A stretch of 64,000 bases of DNA from Octopus vulgaris (lineage: Eukaryota). The stretch is from contig OX597835.1 of NCBI GenBank assembly GCA_951406725.2, positions 12,028,001 through 12,092,000 on the forward strand. Reading direction: 5' to 3'. Made by a program: the position numbers and the translations under genes. Each line of letters opens with the position of its first letter. Position 1 is the stretch's first letter. Below are positions 1 to 11,310 of the stretch, piece after piece. The notes beneath the pieces are model-generated. The model was not told where the DNA came from and searched no databases. It saw only the letters and a program-made list of their open reading frames with translations.

Positions 1-85
<85 letters not shown>
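1..85. repeat. (GATA)n microsatellite
   Basis: Seen directly. Confidence 0.98.
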
Positions 86-514
86 TTAGATGGATATACC
101 GACATATATATGTATGTATGCATGTATTTATGTATGTATGAAAATCGCCGTAGATTACTGGAATCATTGTGATGTAGGTGTAAAATGAGAAATAATGATG
201 ATACAGTGCGAAAGGAAAAGTTAGGTAACCCTCATGTTTCTCAGTCCAAAATGTCCGTCATCAGAAGTGGACGGCGGAAAAGAAACGTATGGTTACTTAG
301 ATCCCGCCATGTTGTTATACGTTGCGCGAATGGGGATCTACGTAACCTGTCACGATATCGGTCTTTGTGCCTGGAATATATAAAGGTTGCTTAACTAAGA
401 AGCTCTTTGAGTTTCTTCTTTATTTTGCTTCTCGAAACATGTATAAATGTACATGTATGCATACATACATATATACGTATGTGCGTATTTATATATATAT
501 ATATATATATATAC

Positions 515-585
<71 letters not shown>

Positions 586-588
<3 letters not shown>

Positions 589-782
589 GCCATGATAGAT
601 TGTTAGCCACTACACACATTTTTTCTCTCCTTATTTCTCTCCTTGTTTTTTCTGTGTCTCTTTCTGTAGAAGAGCATAGGCTCAAAGCATAAAAGACTTT
701 TTCTATTCCTGAGCGTTATACTTATACATCTGTTTGTTTTGTACACCACCTGTCTTCGTCTTTTGTTTTTTTCGTAAACTCT

Positions 783-785
<3 letters not shown>
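586..785 (+). mobile_element. Short (TA)n-embedded element with a degenerate hammerhead (659-696)
   Basis: TCTTT CTGTAGA A GAGC ATAG GCTC AAAGCATA AAAGA; related copy at 35735-35920. Confidence 0.6.
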
Positions 786-847
<62 letters not shown>

Positions 848-1147
848 CCTACATTTATATATGCATATATACACATGTGCGCATATAAGTATGGGATATA
901 TGCGTGTGTACCTGTATGTGTGCATGTATTTATGTTTGTGTGAGTGTGTATGTACAACTATGACTCTATGTTTCACTTCTCTTCCGAATACGTGTAGGAT
1001 GTACATGCCTATAGCTCTGTCAGACGTTTATTGTTAGTGATTGCTGTTGATTAGAGAGATGGAACTGATAGTTTGTCGGGGCGTTTATAAATTAAATCGG
1101 AAAGATTTGAGTCTCCACTCTCTCTCTCTCTCTCTCCCTGCTTCTCT

Positions 1148-1184
<37 letters not shown>

Positions 1185-1668
1185 CAGAGGGGGAGGTTTG
1201 TTTATCCTCAAATAACAAATTGTTGAACTAATATTATAAGTACTTTCTGTAAGAGATTGTATTGGATAAGAAGAATTATCTTTTTTTGGAAGTACTGAAC
1301 AGCGCCTTTAGAAAAGCTTGTTTACATAATAGCATTTATTGTAACTATCTTTGAATAATCTGTATCGATTATCTTCGAGTCGTATATAATTTGAATCTTT
1401 GCTGTTGCTATTTAAGACATTTGATTACAGCTTTGATATAGAAATATCTGTTATCAAATATTGATTGTTGATGATGTAACTATATTTTTTTGTAATCTGA
1501 ATATTCACGCAGTGAAATAGCATATTATTGTATAGTGACTAATGCTAATATCGTATTTAATTTATTTGATAGAGATAATTCGGGATGAACTGTTTCAAAA
1601 TAAAATATCACTATTTAATTCATTCTTTTATGATAGATCGTATATGCGAGAAAACACAAAAACATGTC

Positions 1669-1740
1669 CAGGCGCAGGAGTGGCTCTGTGGTAAGTAGCT
1701 TGCTAACCAACCACATGGTTCCGGGTTCAGTCCCACTGCA
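1669..1740 (+). mobile_element. SINE family A tRNA-like head (fragment)
   Basis: GGCGCAGGAGTGGCTCTGTGGTAAG...GGTTCAGTCCCACTGC with A-box/B-box-like motifs, as in the full copy at 39641. Confidence 0.85.
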
Positions 1741-1942
1741 ATACTAGGGGGACAAACACAGACACACAAACACACACACACATATATATATATATACATA
1801 TATACGACAGGCTTCTTTCAGTTTCCGTCTACCAAATCCACTCACAAGGCATTGGTCGACCCGGGGCTATAGCAGAAGACACTTGTCCAAGATGCCACGC
1901 AGTGGACTGAACCCGGAACCATGTAGTTGGTTAGCAAGCTAC

Positions 1943-4180
1943 ATTATTTCAAAACATTTGCCATAAAGGCAGTACACAGATTAAGTTAGCTTTGCGGGCT
2001 GGACGAGGACATTAATGAGGTGAATGATAATGAAAGAAAGATGATAAGGATGGGAGAAGACAGAAAGCGCCCGCCGACTTTTGCTTCTCTAAAACATTGT
2101 TCTTTTTAAAAAAGATTAACACAAAACGAGGTATTAAACCTCTTACAATTTTTCCAATTTTGGGCTTAGCAGTCCATTATTAATACAAAACGAGGTATTA
2201 ATCCTCTTACAATTTTTCAATTTTTGGACTTAAGTCCATTACTAATAATACATATCGTCCTCGAAATAGCTTGTGCCCGCGCCCTCCACCATCAACCACG
2301 CCTCCCTCAGAACGTAGTCAAGTTCCGAGTTCGCGTCGCCCGGGACCAAGTTATAGTCTTCATTGAGCTCCTTTAGCCCTAGCGTCACGTCGAACGCCAC
2401 GGCCTCCACAGCTACCTGCGGAGGCCATTCGGGGTCCTGTGTGAAGGCTAAAGGTGCTCCCTTGTAGTGCTCTTCCATCACTTTTTCAATTTCTCCTCCT
2501 CTATAGAAGAGGACCAATACATTCAGTTCTTTCGTTGGTGGCACAGTTTCCGCCAACGGTATTCCTTCTCTTGTCGGTGGCACAACCCCAACCGACGTAG
2601 TTCCGCGACATTCCGGTGCCACACTGACAGCCGGCAACGTCCCGTTTTTCTTCCTCTTTTTCTTTTTTTTTCCCTTTTCAACTGAGGGAGGGTGCGTCAC
2701 CTCCGTGGCTGGAAGATTCGCCCTCCTCTCCTCATCCCTATTATCCTTTGGTGAGCACCCATTGTTGCTCACCTTCCTCTTTCGGCCTCTGCTTGAGGAG
2801 TCCTCTGCTTTCTCGGCCGTTATCGTTCCCTCTTCTAGAGGGGTTTTACTTAACTGTTCCGGGATCCTATTTTGTTCCCGAGGACAGTTCTTCTTTATGT
2901 GGCCGGACTCCAAGCACCGATGACACTTAGGGGGCGACCCTCAAGCATCACCGGGTACCTGCACCCGGCCATTTTCAAAAAATCTGGAAAAACCAGATTG
3001 GCTGATTGGGTCCACAGGGTCAAAACTGCTTCCGAGCCAACCCAAGCAGCCGCAGGAAGAACTTTTACATTGAGGAGCTTAGTTTCGCTGTCACCCAGAC
3101 CCCGGCGGATAGTCTCCTCTATCCACTCGGGTTCTATGTCGGGTGGCAGTCCGCAGATCCAAGCTTTCATTAATTTCTTTTTTTTGTAAGTGGGCAGGAA
3201 TAAGATTTCCTTACCCTCCAAGGGTTCGCTAGCAAATTTGCAAGCCTCTTCAGGGGTGTCAAACAGCAACCACACCGTTCCATATTTGACACCCCTGGAA
3301 ATGAATTTAATTGTTGGCAAATACTCCTCCAACTCCTCCTCAATTGCCGTCTTTTCGAATAGGGCGATGGTGTCAAGTGCCTTGGAGTAGGTTCTCAACA
3401 CCACCGTCCTATCTTCACGGTCCTTCAACCACTTTTTGGGTGGTATGATTTCCCACTCCAAAACTTTGTTATTTTTCATTGCCATGTTTTTTAAAAAATA
3501 TATTCAAATTAGACTCAAAAGCAGGAAGAAAAAAGTTCAAAAGTCTAAATAAATTTGATAGATTTTTGAAAAAACAAAAAGGAGAAAGCACAACAGAAGG
3601 GAAGAAATTAACGGAAAGTCGCAATAAAGAAAAAAACAAAAGGGGGGGGGGTAAATGAAGTTCAAAAGAAAGTTAATAAACAGAAAAAACACGGCAAAAA
3701 TATTCTGCGGTACTCCCGGCCTGGGTTGAACCTGGAACGCCGCAACTGCAACACAACCTCCACAAAAATGGGTCCGAAAGGTAATCCAATAGTGGCTTAT
3801 TTTTATACTTTTCTTGCGAAGTACTCTGACAAGGGAATAAATTCAGCAAACTCAAACACAGCACTGGTTACTGCCAACGGTAATTTTAACAGTAACTGTA
3901 TTGAATCCTGAGTATACGCCCCTCCACTGTTTTTTTTCTTTTTTTTTTTTTTTTGTTTTTTTTCAATGAACACAAAAACGGCAGCCGCCTAGCGCAGGCG
4001 AAATTGTCTCAGAGTTGGACACAACCTACTGAAATAATAATTGGCACGCAATAAATTATGCCCAACTCACAATAAACAAAATCACTTACCTCGACAACTT
4101 TCCGTTTTTGGTCTTTTTTCTTTAGTTGGACTCACGTCCACTCTAGCTCAACAAGAAGCAACCGACTAACTGCGCATGTC
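1943..4180 (-). mobile_element. ORF1-only Tx1/L1-like non-autonomous non-LTR retroelement (HAL1-like architecture)
   Basis: Bounded by a perfect 15-bp direct repeat TGGTTAGCAAGCTAC (1928-1942 and 4181-4195) that splits a SINE head. Contains a ~695-bp leader, one ORF1-like reading frame and a ~300-bp pyrimidine-rich 3' UTR with a terminal TGCC-TTTAT-GGCA stem-loop (1959-1971). No RT or endonuclease sequence. Confidence 0.85.
2242..3485 (-). pseudogene. Tx1/L1-type ORF1 (gag-like nucleic-acid-binding protein), ~414 aa if one frameshift is corrected
   Basis: ORFs 2895-3485 and 2242-2913 join if one base is added to the G5 run at 2930-2934, giving ...YPVMLEGRPPKCHRCLESGHIKKNCP... (C-X2-C-X4-H-X4-C knuckle). 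Upstream are RRM-like segments (VWLLFDTPEEA; AWICGLPPDIEPEWI); downstream are basic tracts RGRKRK and KKKKKRKK. Confidence 0.8.
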
Positions 4181-4335
4181 TGGTTAGCAAGCTACTTACC
4201 ACACAGCCACTCCTGCGCCTGATCTGATCGATGGAAAAACTTACTAATGATATTATAATAATATTATAAAGTTTTGATCATTGACGTCCTTCCAGTCAAA
4301 TGGACATGATTGACGCTGCTTTCACATTTGACCGG

Positions 4336-4894
4336 TTTTGACGTCATTTTTCCCCACCTAATCTCGACGACGGTAATGCCACTCCCTACGAAGATTGATA
4401 TTTTATTTCGATATCATTGCTGTGCAGCCATGTTCTATCACATTTCATGACACTTTTTTATTGGAATCTTCACTCCCATTTGAACCATCAGAACGCTCCT
4501 AGCTGATATTGACTCGTTTCTTTTGACGTCATTTCTTCCCACCTAATCTCGACGGCGGGAATGCCACTCCCTACGAAGATCGATATTTTATTTCGAAATC
4601 ATAGCTGTGCAGCCATGTTCTATCACATTTCATAACACTTTTTTATTGAAGTCTTCACTCCCATTTGAACCATCAGAACGCTCCTGGCTGATATTGACTC
4701 GTTTCTTTTGACGTCATTTTTTCCCACCTAATCTCGACGGCGGGAATGCCACTCCCTACGAAGATCGATATTTTATTTCGAAATCATAGCTGTGCAGCCA
4801 TGTTCTATCACATTTCATAACACTTTTTATTGAAATCTTCACTCCCATTTGAACCACCAGAACGCTCCTAGCTGATATTGACTCGTTTCTTTTG
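4336..4894. repeat. 3 tandem copies of a 184-185-bp unit
   Basis: Units begin TTTTGACGTCATTT at 4336, 4521 and 4706; high identity. Confidence 0.95.
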
Positions 4895-5557
4895 TTCTTG
4901 TTTCAGCAGACGCAACGCATGTTTTTGTGAGACCGTGTGTGTATATACTCGCGTATACATGTTTCTATGGAGATTTGTATGCTTGCGCATGCGTGTGATT
5001 ACTTTTAAATGCATGTGTGTGCACTTTTGCTCAAATGTAAATATATGTACATCTTTCACCAACAGATATCGACCTAACGTGCTCACATCCTGTTCGTCCA
5101 TTATCATTTACTCCACCTTCTTCTCTCTCTTTCCCTTCTTCATTTCCTTTATTTTGTCCCCCTTTTCCTTCCTCATTATTTTTCGATATTGCCTAAAACT
5201 GAAACAACAACAGCAACAACAACAACAAGACCGGCAATCCTCTCATATTATCGGCAGCGTGACAAAGTAGTTATTGCCCAATAATATCCCTTATTTCCTT
5301 TATTAGTGGTGCAAAACGGAAATACGTCTTCTAAATGAAATGCCTACATAAACACATCATTATTCTCTTATTATGTGTGTCTCCACGGAAACGGATTCTT
5401 CAAGATCGTTATTTTTGTCCCTCTTTAACACACAATTGAAGATAATGAATATTATTATTATTATTATTATTATTAGTTCTTTCTGCTTCATGAGCTTTTT
5501 TCATTGCTGCCTGATACTTTATTGCTATGTAATGTAGTTAAGGCTTAGCAGTTTTTA

Positions 5558-5608
<51 letters not shown>

Positions 5609-5609
<1 letters not shown>

Positions 5610-6164
5610 GAGAGAGAGAGCAGTTCATGCCATCAAAGTGACACTGGGGTAAAATATACGAAGCCCAATATACCCATCATGACTACCCGTCTGATAAGGG
5701 TACACCAGGCACATGCATCACAACCATATGTGCGCGACATGGTGATCTCATATCAAGATAAACAGCACATGACCTTGCAGGTGGGGGCCCAGTTAGAATT
5801 TTCTTCGTGTTGAGTAGCCCATCCCACTCAAAAGGTCCCTGAATAAGGACTCTTTAAGGATGTTGAAAGAACCACCCATGTTTCCAGAGGTGAATTATTC
5901 AAACCCCAAAGAATCCCTCTCAACACATGGCTATGATGCTCCCCCACTACTTCTGCTCGTGATCAGAGATGCACATATCGTCAGCCACTAAGGGACATGC
6001 TCAACTGGTTAAGGTCAAACAACTGACAAGCAAATCTGTGGTATTGAGCAGAATATTTGCTGTAGCCCATCTTTTATACCAAGACAAAACAATGTACATG
6101 ATAACACTTCCAATCAGTTAAGATCAGAAGCCATGAGAGCCACTGCCTGGTACTGCATCAGGGC

Positions 6165-6168
<4 letters not shown>
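5609..6168 (-). mobile_element. Non-coding retroelement segment embedded in (ATT)n; possibly the 5' region of an R4/Dong-like LINE
   Basis: Complex 560-bp island with (TAA)n on both sides. The minus-strand start ...AATAATAAATGC matches the junction at 27990. Family assignment is inferred. Confidence 0.45.
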
Positions 6169-6244
<76 letters not shown>

Positions 6245-6250
6245 TTATTA

Positions 6251-6327
<77 letters not shown>

Positions 6328-6410
6328 GTCATTATTATTATTATTATTATTATTATTTACTATTATTATTATTATCATTATTATTATTATTGTTATTATC
6401 AGTATTATTA

Positions 6411-6468
<58 letters not shown>

Positions 6469-6756
6469 TTTGCTTTTCAGAGCTCTCGGTTCTTACTTGC
6501 TTCGGTTGGCTCTGTGAGAGCGGACTGCAACCTGTTGTCAGGGACTCTTTCTGCAATTTATACACTTTGGAACTTGAATGTTAACTTACCATGGACGACC
6601 CTCAACACCCAAGCATCAATCTCAAAATCCTAGCCACCACCCACCACCACCACTCATTACCATCACCACCGTCACCACCACCACCACAAATTACCATCAC
6701 CACCATCACCACCGTCACCACCACCACCACCACCACCACCACCACCACCACCACTT

Positions 6757-6787
<31 letters not shown>

Positions 6788-6790
6788 CAT
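6166..6790. repeat. (ATT)n tract, then (ACC)n/(ACT)n tracts
   Basis: Seen directly. Confidence 0.95.
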
Positions 6791-7130
6791 AATCAGTTGT
6801 TTTCTTTTTCAGTGTGTCTTCACCACACCGTCTATAAGTTTTGTATTCCTTTTGGTTTTGCATTTTCTATTGTATTAACAGCACTCTGTGTGTGTGTGGT
6901 TGATAGCCGCGCCATTTTCAGTGCCTTTATAAATAGTAAATAATGTGGATCTGGTTAAATGTCTCTCTGTTTGCAGATTATATTTTTAACATTCTCAAAG
7001 CTTCGATTTAGAACAAAGATTTTGTTCCCGTTTTAGTCTTTCAACTTCTGATTATTCTGTTTTTTTTTATTTCTAGATATGTTGTTGTTGTTGTTGTTGT
7101 TGTTATTGTTTCTGCTGTTGCTGTTTGGTT

Positions 7131-7532
7131 CTCTTTACTCTTTTACTTGTTTCAGTCATTTGACTGCGGCCATGCTGGAGCACCGCCTTTAGTCGAGCAA
7201 ATCGACCCCGGGACTTATTCTTTGTAAGCCCAGTACTTATTCTATCGGTCTCTTTTGCCGAACCGCTAAGTGACGGGGACGCAAACACACCAGCATCGGT
7301 TGTCAAGCAATGCTAGGGGGACAAACACAGACACACAAACATATACACACACACTTATATATATATACATATATACGACAGGCTTCTTTCAGTTTCCGTC
7401 TACCAAATCCACTCACAAGGCATTGGTCGGCCCGGGGCTATAGCAGAAGACACTTGCCCAAGATGCCACGCAGTGGGACTGAACCCGGAACCATGTGGTT
7501 GGTTAGCAAGCTACTTACCACACAGCCACTCC
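7131..7532 (-). mobile_element. SINE family A (tRNA head, CORE-like segment, internal TA/TG microsatellite, GTAAAAGA-repeat tail)
   Basis: Near-identical reverse complement of 39641-40068. Confidence 0.9.
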
Positions 7533-7789
7533 ATTCTACTTTATAATGAGAGTAAAAAAGAGCATTCTTAAAGTTCGGATACACATAAGGACACAAAAAT
7601 TTACCCAACGGATTCAAACCATTTACGACAATAATCTTTTAAATCAATAAGGGCCATCGCCAAAGATGTTATCAGAATAGACTGTCTAACTGTAATGCAC
7701 GAGAACATTCGATAAAAGTTATACGTTCTGAGTAGAAGCCAATTTATGCCTGCAAATACAGAAAAGAAAAACGTTTGAACCATGGCAAG

Positions 7790-8370
7790 TGTTTAACAAA
7801 TTTCTCTGATGAGGAAAACCTCGACCAAGACGAAACGTCTAACGAGAGAAAGGACAGAAGGTCATGTGAAGATCCTTCTGATGTTTCCAGAGCGATGCAC
7901 ACAAAGTTTCGACCAACTGTGATAGTTTTTAAGTGTGAGGAGGAGTAACGAAGGTCACGACAACTTAGCTCTTTCCAAAGTTTTAGAATTAATATTGATG
8001 AATACGCTGGGATACGGGAGACAGTTACTAAGGCCTAAATGAACGAAATATGCCGTAGAAGACAGACCACACATGCTTGAACAGCTTTCAGTGTCTTCTC
8101 ACAATATCCACGTGATCCAAGAATCTTAATGATCTTATAACATCGAACTTATGACGTCCTCGAAAAACGCCAGGTTCAAGTACCGTCGACTTCTACTTCA
8201 GAGCGTTGCTGAATGGGAGACTAATCAATATCCTGTACTAGCTTCACTGAATGACACCAATTTCCAGGTGATGTCACAAATGAATAAACGCCAAGCACTT
8301 AACGATTCCAATCCTGTAATGAAGCTCTTATCGACGCTAAAGGCAGTTTCGTTGATTGGTCGTATACGAA
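7790..8370 (+). pseudogene. Decayed Tc1/mariner (maT/DD37D-like) transposase
   Basis: Translates NFSDEENLDQD..SNERKDR..CEDPSDVSRAMHTKF.PTVIV and later SVAEWETNQYP and MSQMNK. These resemble the FSDEKNFDQD...NDRW...DPS.VP.VMHTKFP.TVMV and WSVVERETN motifs; many stops and frameshifts. Confidence 0.65.
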
Positions 8371-8572
8371 AATCTATCGAGAATATATACACAAATGTTT
8401 ATTTAGACACATTCTGTTTCTGCTGGATTACAGATGTTTGTAAAATTTCCAGATAGGCCCTCAAGTATATTTTTTACATATATATATAAGAGAATGGAGA
8501 AACAAATTTAGTTTGTTCATCAACTTTCGGATATTTAATTGTTGGATTATTTATTCAATTAACAAAGTGAGA

Positions 8573-8786
8573 ACCTATTTCTTTACTACCCACAAGGGGC
8601 TAAACACAGAGGGGACAAACAAGGACAGACATAGGTATTAAGTCGATTACATCGACCCCAGTGCGTAACTAGTACTTAATTAATCGACCCCGAAAGGATG
8701 AAAGGCAAAGTCGACCTCGGCGGAATTTAAACTCAGAACGTAACGGCAGACGAAATACGGCTACGCATTTCGTCCGGCGTGCTAAC
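8573..8786 (-). mobile_element. SINE family B (GTCGACTTTGCCTTTCATCCTTTCGGGGTCGATAAA core, reminiscent of the Meta domain)
   Basis: Single unit; TSD AACAAA(G/A)TGAGAACCT at 8561-8576 and 8784-8799. Confidence 0.85.
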
Positions 8787-9098
8787 AAAATGAGAACCTC
8801 AATAGTATACATATATATCTTATAATTCAATACATATAAGATAAGAATACAAATTATAAAAGTTATAAAAATCATAATATAAATTATTGAAATCGCGTTG
8901 CAATTAAAAACATTTATGTATTAAGAATCTGGGTACTTTACCAACAGTATATTGGATAAATACTATCCAATAGTGGGTTACACTCATAACCCCTATCTTA
9001 CTTTGTAGTATATATATATATAGGTGAAAAATGGTAGAGATATAGGAGAAAATGATAAAGATAAAATAAGATGTAAGGTGAAAAAGCACAGAAATATG

Positions 9099-9422
9099 TT
9101 TGTGTAGATAAAGAATATTTAATCAATTACAATGTGTATAGATTCAGTCGGTTTCGCTTCGCTAATCATGACTCAGTATTATGAAATAATAATAAGTTTT
9201 TGCTTTAATCTAGCGTCGAAGCAGATATGATCTAGTTTTGCAATTATACCAGGAGAGTCTAGCTATGCTAGCCTGTATAACATCAAAATTGGATCATACC
9301 TGCTTCAACACGAGGTTAAATCGTAAACTTGTTATTTCATAATATTGAGTCATGGTTAGCGAAGCGAAATCGGTCGTATCTGTATAGTTTGTAAAGGATC
9401 AAATTATCTTTATCTACACAAA
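9099..9422. repeat. ~325-bp fold-back palindrome
   Basis: Arms TTTGTGTAGATAAAGA.../...TCTTTATCTACACAAA, GTTTCGCTTCGCTAATCATGACTCA/TGAGTCATGGTTAGCGAAGCGAAAT and GAAGCAGATATGATC/GATCATACCTGCTTC; centre ~9265. Confidence 0.85.
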
Positions 9423-9719
9423 AAAGATTTCTGCGCTTTTTTCAACTTAAATCTTATTTTATATACATATACATAAAGTTGGCTACTATTTGATACCCCT
9501 GAGGTGGCTCGCAACTTTGCGGATCCTGTTTCTTCCCACATATTGTTTATAAAAGAGAAAAAAAAAAGAACAATGTTTTTGGGAAGCCGCGATCGGCGGG
9601 TGTCGTCTGCTTCCCTCATCAATATCATTATTTTGCTCATCATTCATCTCATTTGTGTTGTTGTCCAGTCTGCAATATGCTTCTATCTATGTGATGCCTT
9701 TATGGCAAATTTGATGTAA

Positions 9720-10101
9720 TTAAGAAGCTTGCTTCCGAACCACATGGTTCTGGGTTCAGTCTCACTGCATGTCACCTTGGGCAAGTGTCTTCTACTATAG
9801 CCTCAGGTCACCTAAAGCCTTGTGAGTAGATTTGACGGAAACTGAAAGAAGCCCGTCATATATACATATATATATATATGTTCTTGTGTCTGTGTTTGCC
9901 CCCCCCCCCCCATCAACAATCGCATGACAACCGATGTTGGTGTGTTTACGTCTCCATAATTTAGCGGTTCGGCAAAAGAGACCGATAGAATAAGTACTAG
10001 GCTTAGAAAGAATAAGTCCTGGGGTCGATTCGTTCGACTAAAGGCTGTGCTCCAGCACGGCCACAGTCAAATGACTGAAGCAAGTAGAAGAGTAAAAGAG
10101 T
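9720..10101 (+). mobile_element. SINE family A, 5'-eroded
   Basis: CACCTTGGGCAAGTGTCTTCTACTATAGCC...GACCGATAGAATAAGTACT...AGTAAAAGAG. Confidence 0.85.
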
Positions 10102-10879
10102 GCCTGTACGTGTGGGGGCTCGATTAGAGGAGAAAAGGAAAAATAAAAAAATTTTAAAAGATTAGCGAAACGTTTTAATGTTGATTTCCGAATCGGTTTT
10201 GCAATATTTTTTTTTTATCCAATTATCGATTAAGCAATCGTTATATATTGTCTTTTTTTTATTTAACAAATTACTCGATAATAATTATAAAAAAATAATC
10301 AGTATGGAAAAACTAATTAAAATGTAAAACCTATCAAATATTGCCTTAAATGTAAAATTTAAATTATTTTTTGAAAGCGTGCCACGTTTTCTTTTATTTC
10401 TCCTGTTTCTTAAATTTATGTTCTCTTTTATTATATGAATATCTTGTGGTTGTTGTTGCTGTTGCTGGTGGCGATGGTCGTGGTGGTCGTGGTGGTTGTG
10501 GCAGTGGTAGCTTTGTTGTCGACGTGACGGTGGGGACGGTGGTGACGCTGGCAGTGCTGGTGGCGCTGATAGCAGGCGGTGGAAGCGGTGGTGGTCTCGC
10601 ATGGTCGATGTGATCGAGAACTCTGGTCGCGGCTGCGGCCGTAGTAACGGTGGAGATTGGAATGTTGATGCGATGACCATGAGAATGATGATGATGATGA
10701 CGGCGGTAGTGCTGCTGATGCTGCTACTGCTTACTGGTGATGATGATGATGATGATGACCATATTCATCATAATGATGTTGATCATGATGTTCTGCTCGC
10801 TGTGCACTGTTAGCTATCATTCGTATTTGCGTAATATTATTTGTTATTTCATATTCCTTGTATCTGTCATTTCACTCCA

Positions 10880-10897
10880 TATACACACATACATATA

Positions 10898-10950
<53 letters not shown>

Positions 10951-11064
10951 TTGTATGTATGTATGCTTATATATATATATATATATTCAGGCACATATGT
11001 ACAGATAGATAGATAGATAGATAGATAGATACGTGTGTATATATATATATGTGTGTGTATATGT

Positions 11065-11125
<61 letters not shown>

Positions 11126-11148
11126 GACACACATATACAAATATATGT

Positions 11149-11186
<38 letters not shown>

Positions 11187-11310
11187 TCACACACATATAC
11201 AGATATATATATATGTATATATATATATATTATATATATATATATATATATATTTCTGTGTGTACGTATGTATACCTATATACATGTGAGTGCATGCGTA
11301 TGTATGTGTG
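10880..11310. repeat. Compound (TG)n/(GATA)n/(TA)n microsatellite
   Basis: Seen directly. Confidence 0.95.

Larger units (their letters stand above)
1739..4221 (-). mobile_element. SINE family A copy (1739-1942 plus 4181-4221) interrupted by the ORF1-only element
   Basis: Colinear with the intact minus-strand copy at 7131-7532 on both sides of the insertion. Confidence 0.85.

Noticed and set aside
228-268. Minus-strand CTGATGA...GAAACATG hammerhead-like motif
   Set aside because: Weak stem II, U16.1 missing, poor stem I.
7310-7546. Recurring ORFs such as MLGGQTQTHK..., MRNWYLFNRP... and MVVIPAVLFH...
   Set aside because: Incidental frames in SINE families A, B and C; lengths and stops vary between copies.
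7801-7850. CTGATGAG...CGAAACGTC resembling a hammerhead
   Set aside because: No stem II pairing; better explained as the FSDE..DQDE codons of a decayed mariner-type transposase.
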